From Octopus sinensis (taxonomy: Eukaryota): a stretch of DNA of 64,000 bases. Below the pieces are notes generated by a model, which saw nothing but the letters and a program-made list of their open reading frames with translations, made no database searches and was not told the origin of the DNA. Both the position numbers and the translations under genes were made by a program. The stretch covers positions 84,010,001-84,074,000 of the forward strand of contig NC_042998.1 in assembly GCF_006345805.1 (NCBI RefSeq), written 5' to 3'. Numbering within the stretch: the stretch's first letter is position 1; every line of letters begins with the position of its first letter. This document shows, piece by piece, positions 24,205 to 36,389 of the stretch.

Positions 24205-24850
24205 ACTAGTGGTGGTGGTGGTCAACGTTGTCGTCTTCGTCGTGGTGGTGGTTGTGGTGACGGGCGGTTCTGGTTGTGTTGGTGATTGTGGTGGTTGTGC
24301 TGATTATGGTTCTAGTTCTGGTGCAGGTAGTGGTGGTGGTGGTGGTGGAGGTGGTGTTGGTGGTGGTGGTGCTGGTAGTGGTGGTGCTGGTAGTGGTGGT
24401 GGTTCTGGTGGTGATGGTGGTGGTGGTGATGGTTTTTGGTAGTGGTGGTGGTTTTGGTGGTGATTATGGTGGTGGTGGTGATTGTTATGGCGGTGGTGGT
24501 GGTTGTTAAGGCGGTGGTGGTGGATCTCTTGCAGTTACTGCTGCTGGCGGTGGTAGTGGTGAGGTGGTGGTGGTGGTGGTGGTGGTGGTGGTGGTGGTGG
24601 TGGTGGTGGTGGTGTTGCTGATGCTGGTGATGCAGGCGGTGGTTAGGGTTGTGGTGCTGGTGGTAGTGGTGGCGGTGGTTACGATGGTGCTGGTGGTGCT
24701 GGTGGTTGTTGTGGTTGTGGTGATGCCGAGACTAGTGCTGGTGGTGCTGGTCGATGTCGTCGTCATGCAATTTGAGATACAGGAGAAGTTGCAGAAGGGG
24801 CGGGAGGAGACAGAAACGGAGAAGTGGGAGGAGTAGGAGGAGGAGTGATC
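24205..24850 (+). repeat. (GGT)n-based degenerate trinucleotide block
   Basis: GGT/GTT/GCT repeats. The overlapping ORFs are low-complexity artefacts. Confidence 0.9.
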
Positions 24851-25307
24851 GCAGTAGAGGTAGCAGTAGTTTTAGCTTCTTGGACTAAGCAAGGAAAGGT
24901 AGCGAAACATTTTGGAAGTCGAGAAACACTTGATGTCTACTTGACTTTTAAAAAAATACAGGTAAAAGAGAAAAAATGAACACTAAAACACGTCTGATAG
25001 GGAAGGGGATTTTACAGTTATTTATGTGCTTATCTATTTATTGGGTAGGAGAGGAGGAACTTAGCACTACAGATGTGGGTGAATATGTGTGTTAGGTCCC
25101 TGCTAATAGTTTCCCTCTATATGCCTCTTTTGGACTGAAATTTACCTGTTAGACTACTCGAGCACGGTGTCTACTGAAAGTCCTCTTCTATATTCACATT
25201 TATCAATTCAGGTGACTGTAATTTCGATAATGCCCTAGCCCCCTCCCCATTAACTTTTCCTTTCTGTATATTAATTACCACTTTTAATTGCACACTCAAA
25301 CAACTAA

Positions 25308-25437
<130 letters not shown>

Positions 25438-25452
25438 ATATATATATGTATG

Positions 25453-25530
<78 letters not shown>

Positions 25531-25531
<1 letters not shown>

Positions 25532-25935
25532 GGCGCAGGAGTGGCTGTGTGGTAAGTAGCTTGTTTACCAACCACATGGTTCCGGGTTCAGTCCCACTGC
25601 GTGGCACCTTGGCAAGTGTCTTCTACTATAGCCTCGGGCCGACCAAAGCCTTGTGAGTGGATTTGGTAGACGGAAACTGAAAAGAACCCGTCGTATATAT
25701 ATAAATATATATGCGTGTGTGTGTTTGTGTGTCTGTGTTTGTCCCCCTAGCATTGCTTGACAACCGATGCTGGTGTGTTTATGTCCCCGTTACTTGGCTG
25801 TTCAGCAAAAGAGACCGATAGAATAAGTACTGGGCTTACAAAAAGAATAAGTCCCGGGGTCGAGTTGCTCGATTAAGGGCGGTGCTCCAGCATGGCCGCA
25901 GTCAAATGACTGAAACAAGTAAAAGAGTAAAAGAG
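25531..25935 (+). mobile_element. SINE family B, full length, young
   Basis: Close to the apparent consensus. Confidence 0.9.
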
Positions 25936-26212
25936 TAAAATATATATATATATATATATTTAATTAGAGGATATGTTAACCTCGTAAAGGGATGGTTTGC
26001 ATCCAAGGAAATACTGGTTCGATACCTAGTTTTATTGAGGAATGAAATTCTCTTAAAACAATAAGTATATATTAAGCATATAGTTTATATCTAGTTAAAA
26101 GTAGAACAGAAAATGGAGATAAGGAAGTTAACATTTATTATTAAGATGACCAATTTGCTAATAATAAATAATTAACTTCCTTATTTCCATTTTCTTTCCT
26201 TTTTTAACTGTA

Positions 26213-26266
<54 letters not shown>

Positions 26267-26284
26267 ATACATACATACATATAT

Positions 26285-26470
26285 ATGTTTTTATTTGTTA
26301 CAGTCATTTGACTGCGGCCATGCTGGAGCACCACATTTAGTCGAACAAATCGACCCCAGGAATTATTGCTTGTAAGCCTATTGGTCTCTTTTGCCAAACC
26401 GCTAAGTTACGAGGACATAAACACACCAACATCGGTTGTCAAGCGACGGTGGGGTGTCAACACAGACACA
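26285..26470 (-). mobile_element. SINE family B, 3' half
   Basis: Reverse complement; forms an inverted pair with 25531-25935. Confidence 0.8.
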
Positions 26471-26510
26471 CCACATATACATACATACATACATACATAT
26501 ACATACATAC

Positions 26511-26644
<134 letters not shown>

Positions 26645-26703
26645 ATATATATAGATATTAATATTTCTAAGTCTCTCTAAGGAGACTACGGCAGCGGTAC
26701 TGG

Positions 26704-26980
26704 ATATTAATAGTTACCGCCAAGCTAATATGGCAGTCCAGAAATATAGGACGAATGCTGCAATGCTGCCGTTGATTAGCTCCAGAGGCCATCGCCTCTA
26801 GCTAGCTATGTGACACACGAACCTGTGTCCACTTGACCTCCCCTGTTCGAAGGTTATAATGAACACAGGTTCGTGTATCACATAGCTAGCTAGAGGCGAT
26901 GGCCTCTTGGAGTTAATCAACGGCAGTATTCGTCCTATATTTGTGGACTGCCATATTAGCTTTGCGATAACTATTAATAT
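26704..26980. mobile_element. Large fold-back element (~125-bp arms, ~28-nt loop) homologous to the adjacent hammerhead-containing unit
   Basis: Arms 26704-26831 and 26860-26980 are near-perfect inverted repeats; the left arm has an 8-bp duplication (aatgctgc). Loop plus right arm align to 32057-32175. Confidence 0.9.
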
Positions 26981-27248
26981 ATATATGCATATATATATAT
27001 GTAGTGTGCCTATAGCCAGCTGGAGAAGATGTTCTGGGGCTACAAGCTACAGTAACACACACCCTTCCCTTAGTGGTTAGCCATATTGAGATGGCAAATA
27101 TACCTCCCATTGTCGTGCAGTTACTGTTTATACCTCGTTCAGAGATTTATTATTGCTTGTATACACTTTTTCAAGATCAGTGACGCAAAGTTACTGGAAA
27201 AAGGATATTGATATTTGCATTGGGAACTCCTTTCATCGAAAACCGGTG

Positions 27249-30200
27249 TTTTGTCACTCGTCTAGGGACCCCTCTTTCATCTGCGTATTGAGAATTTAGC
27301 TGCCTATTTTGTTGAGTGAGTTCGTTTTTTGTTCGTCGTTGTGTTTGCTCGTGAATTTGAACAGTTGTCCGTTGTGTAACAGTAATTTTCGCCCTACAGG
27401 GCTGAAAATTCTGTGTATAAACATTGTTATTACCTTCAGGGAAATGTTTTTGAAAAATTGGTTCTCATAATTTGAGAAATGGAGTTCGACTTGGCGTCGA
27501 GGAGCGACTTTCCCGTGATGGGAAAAGGCGAACAGAAGATATCAAGGTTAGAAAACAGTCTTTTTCGGCCGCAGTGGGCGGAACCGTAACGGAAGTGGAA
27601 TTCAAAATAGAACAGTTGTTCAAATACCGGAACTTGGTCAAAAAGGAAGGCCACGAAATAAAACTGGTACCGCCCCAAACGATATTACAGGAAATAAGGC
27701 CAAGACAGTCGTGTACAAGGTTTACAGTAACAAAGAGAAAAAAATAATCGACGTGAAGAACGAAATAGTAGAGAAGTGCTTGTCCCCGGTGTGGAGCAAA
27801 ATTCGCTAAGTCGGTCGAGGTGCTCGCAGCGCTACCGTTGAAGCACATTTCGACTCGGCTGACGTGGCAAGAGAGATTTCATCAATGACCTTAAAAAATG
27901 AGGACATTATGTTACTACCTACCTATATGGGCAAAAGAACTGCGAAACTATATGTGGAAGACATACCAAGAGGATATGATATAATGTGGGTAGCAGCGGC
28001 GGTTCTGCACGACGTAGAGCAGAAAGTCTCAATTCTGCAGATGAAAAGGAAAGAGGAGGTAAACTGGAAGGGACAAGCGCTCGAACTCCTCGTTCAAGCA
28101 GAAAATAATGTGCTAGAAAACTTACCCGATAGGGTATTTATTGAGGAGGGAATTTCAATGAGAATGTCAGTGGAGGGGCGCAGACCTAGGTGTTTCAAAT
28201 GTGGTGAAAAGGGTCACGTCCGCTCGAACTGCATAAAAAAAAAGAAAAACAGCGAATCCCTTCCTCAAAGTGCTTCAAACACAGAAAAAGAAAAGGCGGA
28301 AAAAGACCGCGACAAGGAAGGGAATCGAAACGGAAGATAAAAATGAACAAATGGAATTTACACAGGTGACACACAAAAGAAAAAAAGAAAATACCCTGGA
28401 CTCCCCTCCCCAAACAAAGAAAAAATCAGCAAACACCGCAGAGATACATACAAAACAAATTCCCCAGCCCTACCCCCACGGCACTGTATTCATTGGAACA
28501 CAGTTCGCCAAGCCCCACCCCATAAAACAAGATTGGAAAAAACTGATTTAAAAAAATGAAAAGATTGTAGCATTCGACGAGAGGAACGATAGAGTGTTTA
28601 AGTATTTTAAATTTTCAAAACTGAAATTATTCAGTAAGACTGCAGACACTCGTTTTGCAAAAATAAAGGAAGACGAGTGGAAGGAAAAAACACTCCAAGA
28701 ACATTTTTAAAATAACCTTATCAGAGACGTAACTAACGAAATACTGGAGGGCAAACTTACTATAACCCCGGCAACCACACCTACCCAGAGCCCGATGGCA
28801 ACGCCGGTTAAGAGCCCTGCAGCTACGACCACAAAGGAGGAAGAAGGGGAAGCATGCAGATTTAAACTGTCATGCTCCCTGTCCCAACCGTAAGTTTTTT
28901 TGTTTTTTTTTTCTCTCTCCGACTATGGCAAAGCTGGGTTGTGTAAATGTGCGTGGAATGGGGTCGAAATGGAAACAAATTTGTCTCCTGAACGACCTCA
29001 CGACACACGGAGTGGACGTAGCTATTGTAACCGAGTCCAAGATGAACGGGGCCCAAGCGTTCTTGCCTCTTCTAAATGGTTTCGAGAAATTTATTTCTCC
29101 TAGCCGAGGAGGAGGAAGGGGCGTGGAAGTCCTTATCAGGAAGAGCTTGGACTTGCAGATAAGTACTGTCTTTCTGGACCCAGAAGGCAGGCTGGTCGTT
29201 CTGGATGTGACCCACGTAAGTAAACAGTCCTTCAGGTTGGTAGCTGTCTACGCTCCGAATGAGTGTAGGCAGTCGGGTTTTTTTCGGAATCTGGAGCACT
29301 TTTTAGTGACGTCGAAAACGGTAGTCTTAGTAGGGGACTTTAACACTGTCCTCGAAGCGCGGGTCGACAGTGTTGGCTCAACCAATAGGGTCTATTAGAG
29401 AGCTTTAATCTAGTAGACCGTTATCGACTGGATGAGCCGAGCGTTCCTCAGTGGACGTGGAGTAACAACGACGGCTCACGCAGATCGTATATAGATAGGA
29501 TATTCGTTAGAAAAAGAGATAAGGATACGTTTAGTTGTCCACAGTTTCACATTGTGCCTTACACGGATCACAAATTTGTGACTTGTAGGGTGCAATTAGA
29601 TAAGTGCCATAGACAGGGACCCGGGTACTGGAAGCTGAACAAGTCTATTTTGAATTGTGAAGACTTCCGTACCCGCTTTAAGGTGTTAGTACAGAGGGCA
29701 TTATGTGGCACCATCATTAACAATAGATGGTGGCACTCCCTCAAAAGAGCCATTCGTTCAGAGTCCATTAGATTTAGCAATCAGCTAAGGTTAGATAGGT
29801 CTAGGATAGAGGACGATTTAGTTAAGAATCTAAACGAGGCAATGGAATCTGGCTCTGCATCCGGAGTGATGGCGGCAAGGACGGTATTGTACCGTCACCT
29901 TAACTCCAAACACGAAGGTTGCAGAGTTAGAGCTAAGCTACGCGCAGGGAAACGAGAAGGTATTAACGTTGCCGGGTGGGCCCGTCGAGTGGAGAGTCAG
30001 AGAGGTAACAAGTCTTTAACTGACGAACAGGGACACAAGATCTATGGACAGGAGGAAATGCAAAAGTTTCTTCACCAGCATTTCGCCCGCGCGTTCGGGG
30101 GGGGGCGCTGGAGCGGGGGAAGGCCTTAAAGGACTTCCTAGCCGGTGGACCGCGGCTGGACTGGGCCCTGAATTTCGCGGGTGGATCTCCGCTATGTATA

Positions 30201-31970
30201 GCGGCATCAAGTCCACCGTCCAGATAAACGGTTACCTAACGGAACCGTTTTCGATCGAATGTTCAGTTCGTCAAGGGTGCCCCTTGTCACCACTTTTGTA
30301 CGTGTTGGCTCTCGAGCCATTGCTGCGAAAGTTGGAGAGGCTGGGAAGTAACCCGGATGAGATCGGAGGCGGGAGGACGGTTTCTGCTTATGCGGATGAC
30401 GACACCCTCATCCAATGAGGCTCAGCTACCTTGTGTAGAAGATGCTATCAGAGGATACGAGGCGGTGGCAGGAGCAAAAGTTAACAAGGACAAGTCGATT
30501 GGCTTACGCCTCGGCACCTGGAGGAGCAAGTCGATATCGTCCAGTGCCGTGGGACACTGGACAGATGGTCCTGTTAAGTTGCTAGGAGTTTGGTTTGGGC
30601 CAGACTCCCAAACGGGGAGGAATTGGAGTGAGGTGACGGACAAGGTAGAGGCCATAGTACGGACCTAGTCCGGAAGGTTTCTGTCCTTGAAAGGAAGGGC
30701 GGAGGTGGTACAGATGTTCATTGCATCTGTAATCACTTACCGCCTGACCGTTGTCCTTGCCCCGATTCATGGCTTAGCAAGTTGGAGCGAATCCTTTTCC
30801 GCTTTTTGTGGAAGGGAGGAAAGCCACTTGTGAGGCACTCCGTTTGCTGCCAAGAACCGTTAAAGGGTGGGTTAGGAATGCCTTGGTTGATGATGCGCAG
30901 ACATGCGTTGAGGCTGAAGCATCTCTGGCACCACCTGGAGGGTGATAAGGTGTGGAGTCCGCTAGCAGGGGAATTTTTCCCGAGACCGGCTTCCTTAGTG
31001 AATTTTAAACCCGGTTGCATCAAAAGACGGAATCTGACTTTATGGCAAAAGGAGTGCCGACAGGCACTCACGCTGATCCACAAGGCGGGCAAGGCCGGCT
31101 GCTGAAATACCACCTCGGTATTTTATAGCAGGCTGGTAGAGGCAAAGAACGACGACGTCCTAGGAGGGGCTCTGGGGTTCGACGAAGACCAGCTTACCAA
31201 CCTGTTTAAAAAGACTTTCAGGACGGGATATTTGGATAATTTCCAAAGATCCCTGGCCTGGCAGTGTTATAGGAATGCTTTGCCTGTTCGCGAGAAGTTA
31301 CCGCGGCACGAAATTTCAGTGCCACCGACATGTCCAAGATGCGGGTTGGACGATGAAACCGTCCAGCACGCTTTTGTACACTGTCGGCAGTTGTCAGACT
31401 TGATAAGTTACGCAGAACACGTGTTATCGCATCTGGGACGAGTACAGCTGTCGGCTGAGTCTATGATTAAGATGATACCGCCAACTGGACTCTCGAAGGA
31501 AGGTGAGGCATGTTTTCACTGCACGGTTGCAGTAGTAAAAGAATGCATGTGGCGTACAAGAATGGAAGGAGTCGCAATAGGATCCTTTGCTCTCTTACTT
31601 CAGATATCATCTGAAGAGCAAATTAGGGCTGGAAAAGAAGACTTTACCACGAGGTGTGTATGAAAAAAGATGGAAGGAAGTGGCGAAAAAGGTGGGTGTC
31701 ATAAACCCAGTTTAACTATGGATGGAGAAGAGGAAAGGAAAGCTGCGGGGCCTTATAGGTTGCCGGGGTTTAAAATATATCGGTAAGATTTCAATCTAAT
31801 GTAATGTTATATTAGTCAATGCAAAGGACAATTTAAATACAGTTTTTTGTATAATGAATAATCTTTATATTTTGGAAATTTTTAAACGAACCACTTAACT
31901 GTTTTTTGTATGTATGTCCTGTATTGTTCTTCTATGTACTGATTTTATAATCATAATAAAGAATTAATCA
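27249..31970 (+). mobile_element. Tx1/L1-clade non-LTR retrotransposon, apparently full length, with 10-bp TSD AAAACCGGTG (27239-27248 / 31971-31980)
   Basis: ORF1 remnants with CCHC knuckle RCFKCGEKGHVRSNC. ORF2 runs from ATG 28925 to ~31715: APE (CVNVRG, VTES, GDFN, DH), RT (QGCPLSPLLY, YADD) and zf-RVT (CPRCGLDDETVQHAFVHC). AATAAA near the 3' end. Disrupted by stops, frameshifts and an internal RT deletion. Confidence 0.9.
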
Positions 31971-31985
31971 AAAACCGGTGATTGT

Positions 31986-32030
31986 CGTACGTTGATGACG
32001 GGTCAAGACCCAGAAACTGCAGTCCGTGCG
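31986..32030 (+). ncRNA. Minimal type-I hammerhead ribozyme (GUC site, palindromic TGCA loop III)
   Basis: CGTACG-TTGATGA-C-GGGT(CAAG)ACCC-A-GAAA-C(TGCA)GT-C-CGTGCG. 6-bp stem I, 4-5-bp stem II; C3 is replaced by U. Predicted cut after 32024. Confidence 0.75.
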
Positions 32031-32538
32031 TATCACCTAGGTTGACGAGGGAAGAATGACCTCCCTTTGCAAATACCGATAGGGCACAGAAAGTGTGCCT
32101 ATAGCCAGCTGGAGGAGATGTTCTCCTGGGGCTACAAGCTACGGTAACACCCACATTTAGTGGTTAGCCATATTGAGATGGCAAATATACCTCACATTGT
32201 CGTGCAGTTACTGTTTATACCTCGTTCAGAGATTTATTATTGCTTATAAAATTATAATTTTATAATTATATTTATAAAATTATGGTAATAAATTATAAGA
32301 TTATAATAAGTGCAACTACTGAGTAACGCCACATGCCAGAAGAAGACACCAAATGGCTTTAAAACTACTTTGTTTATCACATGGACATGGGCTGAAAGCG
32401 AGGGAATAAATAAAAAAAGATTTAGCCATAGATCGATTTCTGGTTTAGGGATGTAATACAATTTACCGTCCTCAGTATAACATAACCGAAAGTACATAAT
32501 TTTAAACATTTATACATCCAATACAAATACAACGTATC

Positions 32539-32581
<43 letters not shown>

Positions 32582-32584
32582 ACA

Positions 32585-33465
32585 CAGGGCGTTCGAGATA
32601 AATTTGACAATTTGAATAAAAGAAAAAAAGACGCGATATGCCATCCAAACATAAAAGTATTTTAAAAATGAAAAATATCAAGTAGGTTATGGCTGGGAAA
32701 TAACTGTTTACTCAAAGTGGCGGCCCTCAGTTTCTGCCAAGGCTTCCAGAAACTCCGGCACTCCGGCATTCTGGCACATGGCACATGCGTTCCTCATTGT
32801 GTCCTTGTGTCCTCTTTCAGCTCGGCCTTGGTGTTGCAGGCAGAGTGGTTGTTGGCTTTTTTGAACCGCGCTTCACACATAGCAATCCAAGGAATTAAAA
32901 TCGGAGAAATCAGGAGGCCAGAAATTGGGACTCATGAGGTTGTAGGAATTCTCCGACAACCAAATCTGGTTCTTTCCGGAAGTATGGCAAGGAGCCGAAT
33001 CCCGCTGCCACATATATGACTTTCCAGCAGCAACCCTCTCCAGCTAGGGTTTGACCACAGTCAACATAGCCGGTATGAATTTAACAGCTCAACATAGCCG
33101 GTATGAATTTAACCCAAGGCCTTATCCAAAGCATGCGGATCGCCTGATGTGTCCATTTTTGCTGGTCATGGTTTCGTCGTCTCCGTTGCAGCTGTCCATG
33201 TTATGTCTTACAGCAGTTTCAGTGTTCACACAGCACTGAGCAGCAGTCATCATGTTGGTATTTTGATACCGGTGCGAGTCATCATGATACAGGTAGCTCT
33301 TTTCCAATAATCAGATGGCTTCCAGTCTTCCGTGTCAGCTGACGTTTTCTGGACTACAACTTTAATCCTTATACTCTTCAACGCCGTTGACTGTGCACTA
33401 ATACATCGAACTATTCCTGAAAGAATAAGGAGACATAAAACGTCAAATTTAGCCCGAACACCCTA
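32585..33465 (-). mobile_element. Internally deleted Tc1/mariner (maT/DD37D-like) transposon
   Basis: 24-bp TIRs CAGGGCGTTCGAGATAAATTTGAC / TAGGGTGTTCGGGCTAAATTTGAC. Transposase remnant WQRDSAPCHTS..WL..FWPP.FSDFNSLD on the minus strand. Confidence 0.85.
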
Positions 33466-33480
33466 TATATTATATATATA

Positions 33481-33533
<53 letters not shown>

Positions 33534-36122
33534 ATATATTATATATATATATATATATACACACATATATATATATATACGCGCGTGTACTTACACACAT
33601 CATACGAGACTAAGTCACGTCTCCCTGTTTGCTGTTTTTAAAGGGTTTTGTGTGTGTGTGTTTTTTTTGTTTTTTTTTTTGTGAAGCTATAAAAATATAA
33701 AGAGAAAGACAAAGAAAGTAGAGTGAGAGAGAGAGAGAGTGGAGAAGGCGTTAGGAAATGAACCGAAAAGGTGGTGAAAGACATTTTTCTGAGTAAGAAC
33801 TTAAAATGAAGCCACTGAAGAGACAACTTTTCAAATATTCAACAGATAATTTCAAATAAAAACAGATGAAGACGTTCTCAATGACAGAGAAATTGTTCTG
33901 ACTGCAAACTTACTATAAACGAGGCATAATAACAAAAGTCGTTGTAGTAACACATGAAGAACACTTTGGTATAGAGAAAGGTAGTTATGATTTGGATTTT
34001 TAGCGATACTATTCAGTGTAGCAGTGTAGGTGTAGCGTAGTCGTTGTCTCATTGTTTATTGATTTTGTCAGCTGATAGTTTTATGAGGTGATGGTTAAAA
34101 TAGATTTGGAAAGCGACATGGTGACTTTGTTATCATTTTTGTCGTTCTTGTTTGGGCGGTGAGTTGGCAGTGTTGTTAGAACGTCGGACAGAATGCTTAG
34201 CGATATTGTCTTTGTATTCTGAATTCAAACTCCGTCAGGCTCGACTTTGCTTTTCATTCTTTGGGGGTTGATGTATAAGTACCAGTTGAGTACTAGGGAC
34301 GACGTAATCGCCTTCCTTCTCTCCTAAAAATCTGCTGGTCTTGTGCCAAAATTTGAAACCATTACTGTTGTTGTTGTTGCTGTTTAGTCTCAAATCAGCT
34401 CTTATTCAGCAGATTAATGTTCAAGAGCATTCTCGCCACAATTACCTCTATTTTCTTTTTTCTTTTTCTTTTTTTTTTTAAGCTTGACTATAGCTACGTT
34501 GTTCAACGTGTCCTTCCATTTTTAAGATGGTAGGCTGTGATTTTGAGCAAGATTTGGCCGCTATTTCTTGTAGATAGAGCGACCGCATAGAGGCTTCTTC
34601 ATAGATTTGTGTATGGGTGTGTGTGTGTGTGCGCGTGTGTGTGTGGTTATGTGACACTGGTTGTTGTTGGTGGTGTGAATGATAGCACAATTGTGGTTAA
34701 AGAAATTATATTGACAGCGTTGTTGACTGTCGGTCGCTCAACTTGAAATTACCCTTTTTTGTGTTGTTACTGTTATGGTGATGTAGATGTTGGCTTTGAT
34801 CGAAATAATTTAAACTATAATCGTTTCATCTTTCCCTAATATGTCCAGTCCATATATAAAACAGTAGAGTATGATTTGAAGGAGTTTTAGCTGTTATTTC
34901 TTGCATATCAAATGACCACGGAGAGGCTTACATCGACTTTGTAGAGTTTGAAAATCTAAGTCAAGCCATAGCTTGGATTGCTTTAAAGATGAAGAGGAAG
35001 AAAACTAAATACAGTAATACATTAAGCCAATGCTGTATTGTTTCTATCAAATTAGTAGCATTAAGGGCCATAGGGCCGGTTTCCATGACGTATATGTGAC
35101 CGAGATCACAACATGCTCCCTGAATGGGACACGAGTCCGTCATAGGGTTTCACATTTGCAACCGAGAGGACTTGAGTAACGCGAAATAATGTGCTTTGAT
35201 CAAGAACTCAACGCAATGCCCCGTAGTTCAGGGATCGAAGCCACGATGTTGTTATCCTGGGTGTATGTGACACTCTAACCACTAGGCTACTCACCTTCTC
35301 CTCCATCAAATTAATCTCTTAAGATGGAAGGAATAATTGAAATTTCAATTGTTTTTATTTACGATTCGAAAGAACAAAAGTCAAAACTAATTGCAGCAAT
35401 ATTTTAAATCACGAGAATGAAATGTAGAAATAAGTACATAATGATTAGCGTTTACTGTATGCTGCTAATATTAATTTCAAATTTTGGCACAACGCCAGCA
35501 ATTTAGAGGGAAAGGGCTAAGTCGATTACATCGACTACAAGGCTCAACTAGAATTTATTTTATAGAACCCCGAAAGGATGAAAGGCAAAGTCGACCACGA
35601 CGGAATTTGAACTTAGAGCGTAAAAACGGATGAAATACCGCTAAGCATTTCGTTCGGCATGCTAACAATTCTATCAGCCCGCCGCCTTTCATGCTACTAA
35701 TATTGCCATCTTTACCGTTTATTCATTATGATTACTGAGTTTATTACGGTATTAATTTAGTTACGTTTCCTTATGTTGTAAGTGCGATAAAATAAGCACC
35801 GTCGTTTTGAGGTTGAATTCAGTTGACAATACTTCCTCACTTACAATACAACTAGGCATGAGCTGAAAGTGTTACCATGACGGCTAGCTTCACCTACTTG
35901 TCACCCTTAGTTATTTGTTACATGAATAGTAAAAAAGACTTTAAAGTGAAAAGAAACCGAGAATATTAGCTATGATAATGAAAATGGCTACAACTGAGAA
36001 TCGAAAACGCATTTTGCTTGCCGAAAATCAAGTTCTTGCTCCAGGATAGTTGCCACATACTCATCAATAGCAGTGCTTTCTTTCTAGTTCTGGCACAAAC
36101 AGAAAGTTTAGATTTTTCGTAT

Positions 36123-36315
36123 CCCTTTTGATTCCAACGCGCCTGAGACAGCCCCTGGTTCTATGGTACAGATTTCCGGCTTAAAGTGATCTAAATTAAA
36201 ACCTTCAATCAAACACCAGTGTTAATAATTACAAAGTTATTTTATTAAATTGTTCAAAATTAACTGAAACAATGGCAGTGTCTTCCAACTGAAATATGGT
36301 AACAAAAGATTTAAA
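36123..36315. mobile_element. piggyBac-like MITE; related pieces at ~36355-36400 and 37470-37690
   Basis: CCCTTTTTGATTCC ... GGTAACAAAAGAT imperfect TIR. The second copy starts TTAA|CCCTTTTGATACC. Confidence 0.45.
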
Positions 36316-36389
36316 ATAATTCCTAGAGCATTACCAGCAAGTAAAGAGGTTTAACCCTTTTGATACCATTCCACCTGAGACTGCCTCTC

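Larger units (their letters stand above)
27003..32245 (+). mobile_element. Retrozyme-like partial tandem repeat (~357-bp unit, ~1.4 copies) interrupted by a Tx1 LINE
   Basis: ~155-bp direct repeats at 27003-27158 and 32092-32245 (about 90% identical by eye). Removing the LINE plus one TSD gives 246+111 = 357 bp between repeat starts, and this unit contains a type-I hammerhead. Confidence 0.7.

Noticed and set aside
27003-32245. Interpretation of the 155-bp direct repeats as LTRs of an LTR retrotransposon
   Set aside because: No TG..CA termini, PBS/PPT, protease or integrase. The ORFs are APE-RT of Tx1 type with their own 10-bp TSD inside the repeats.
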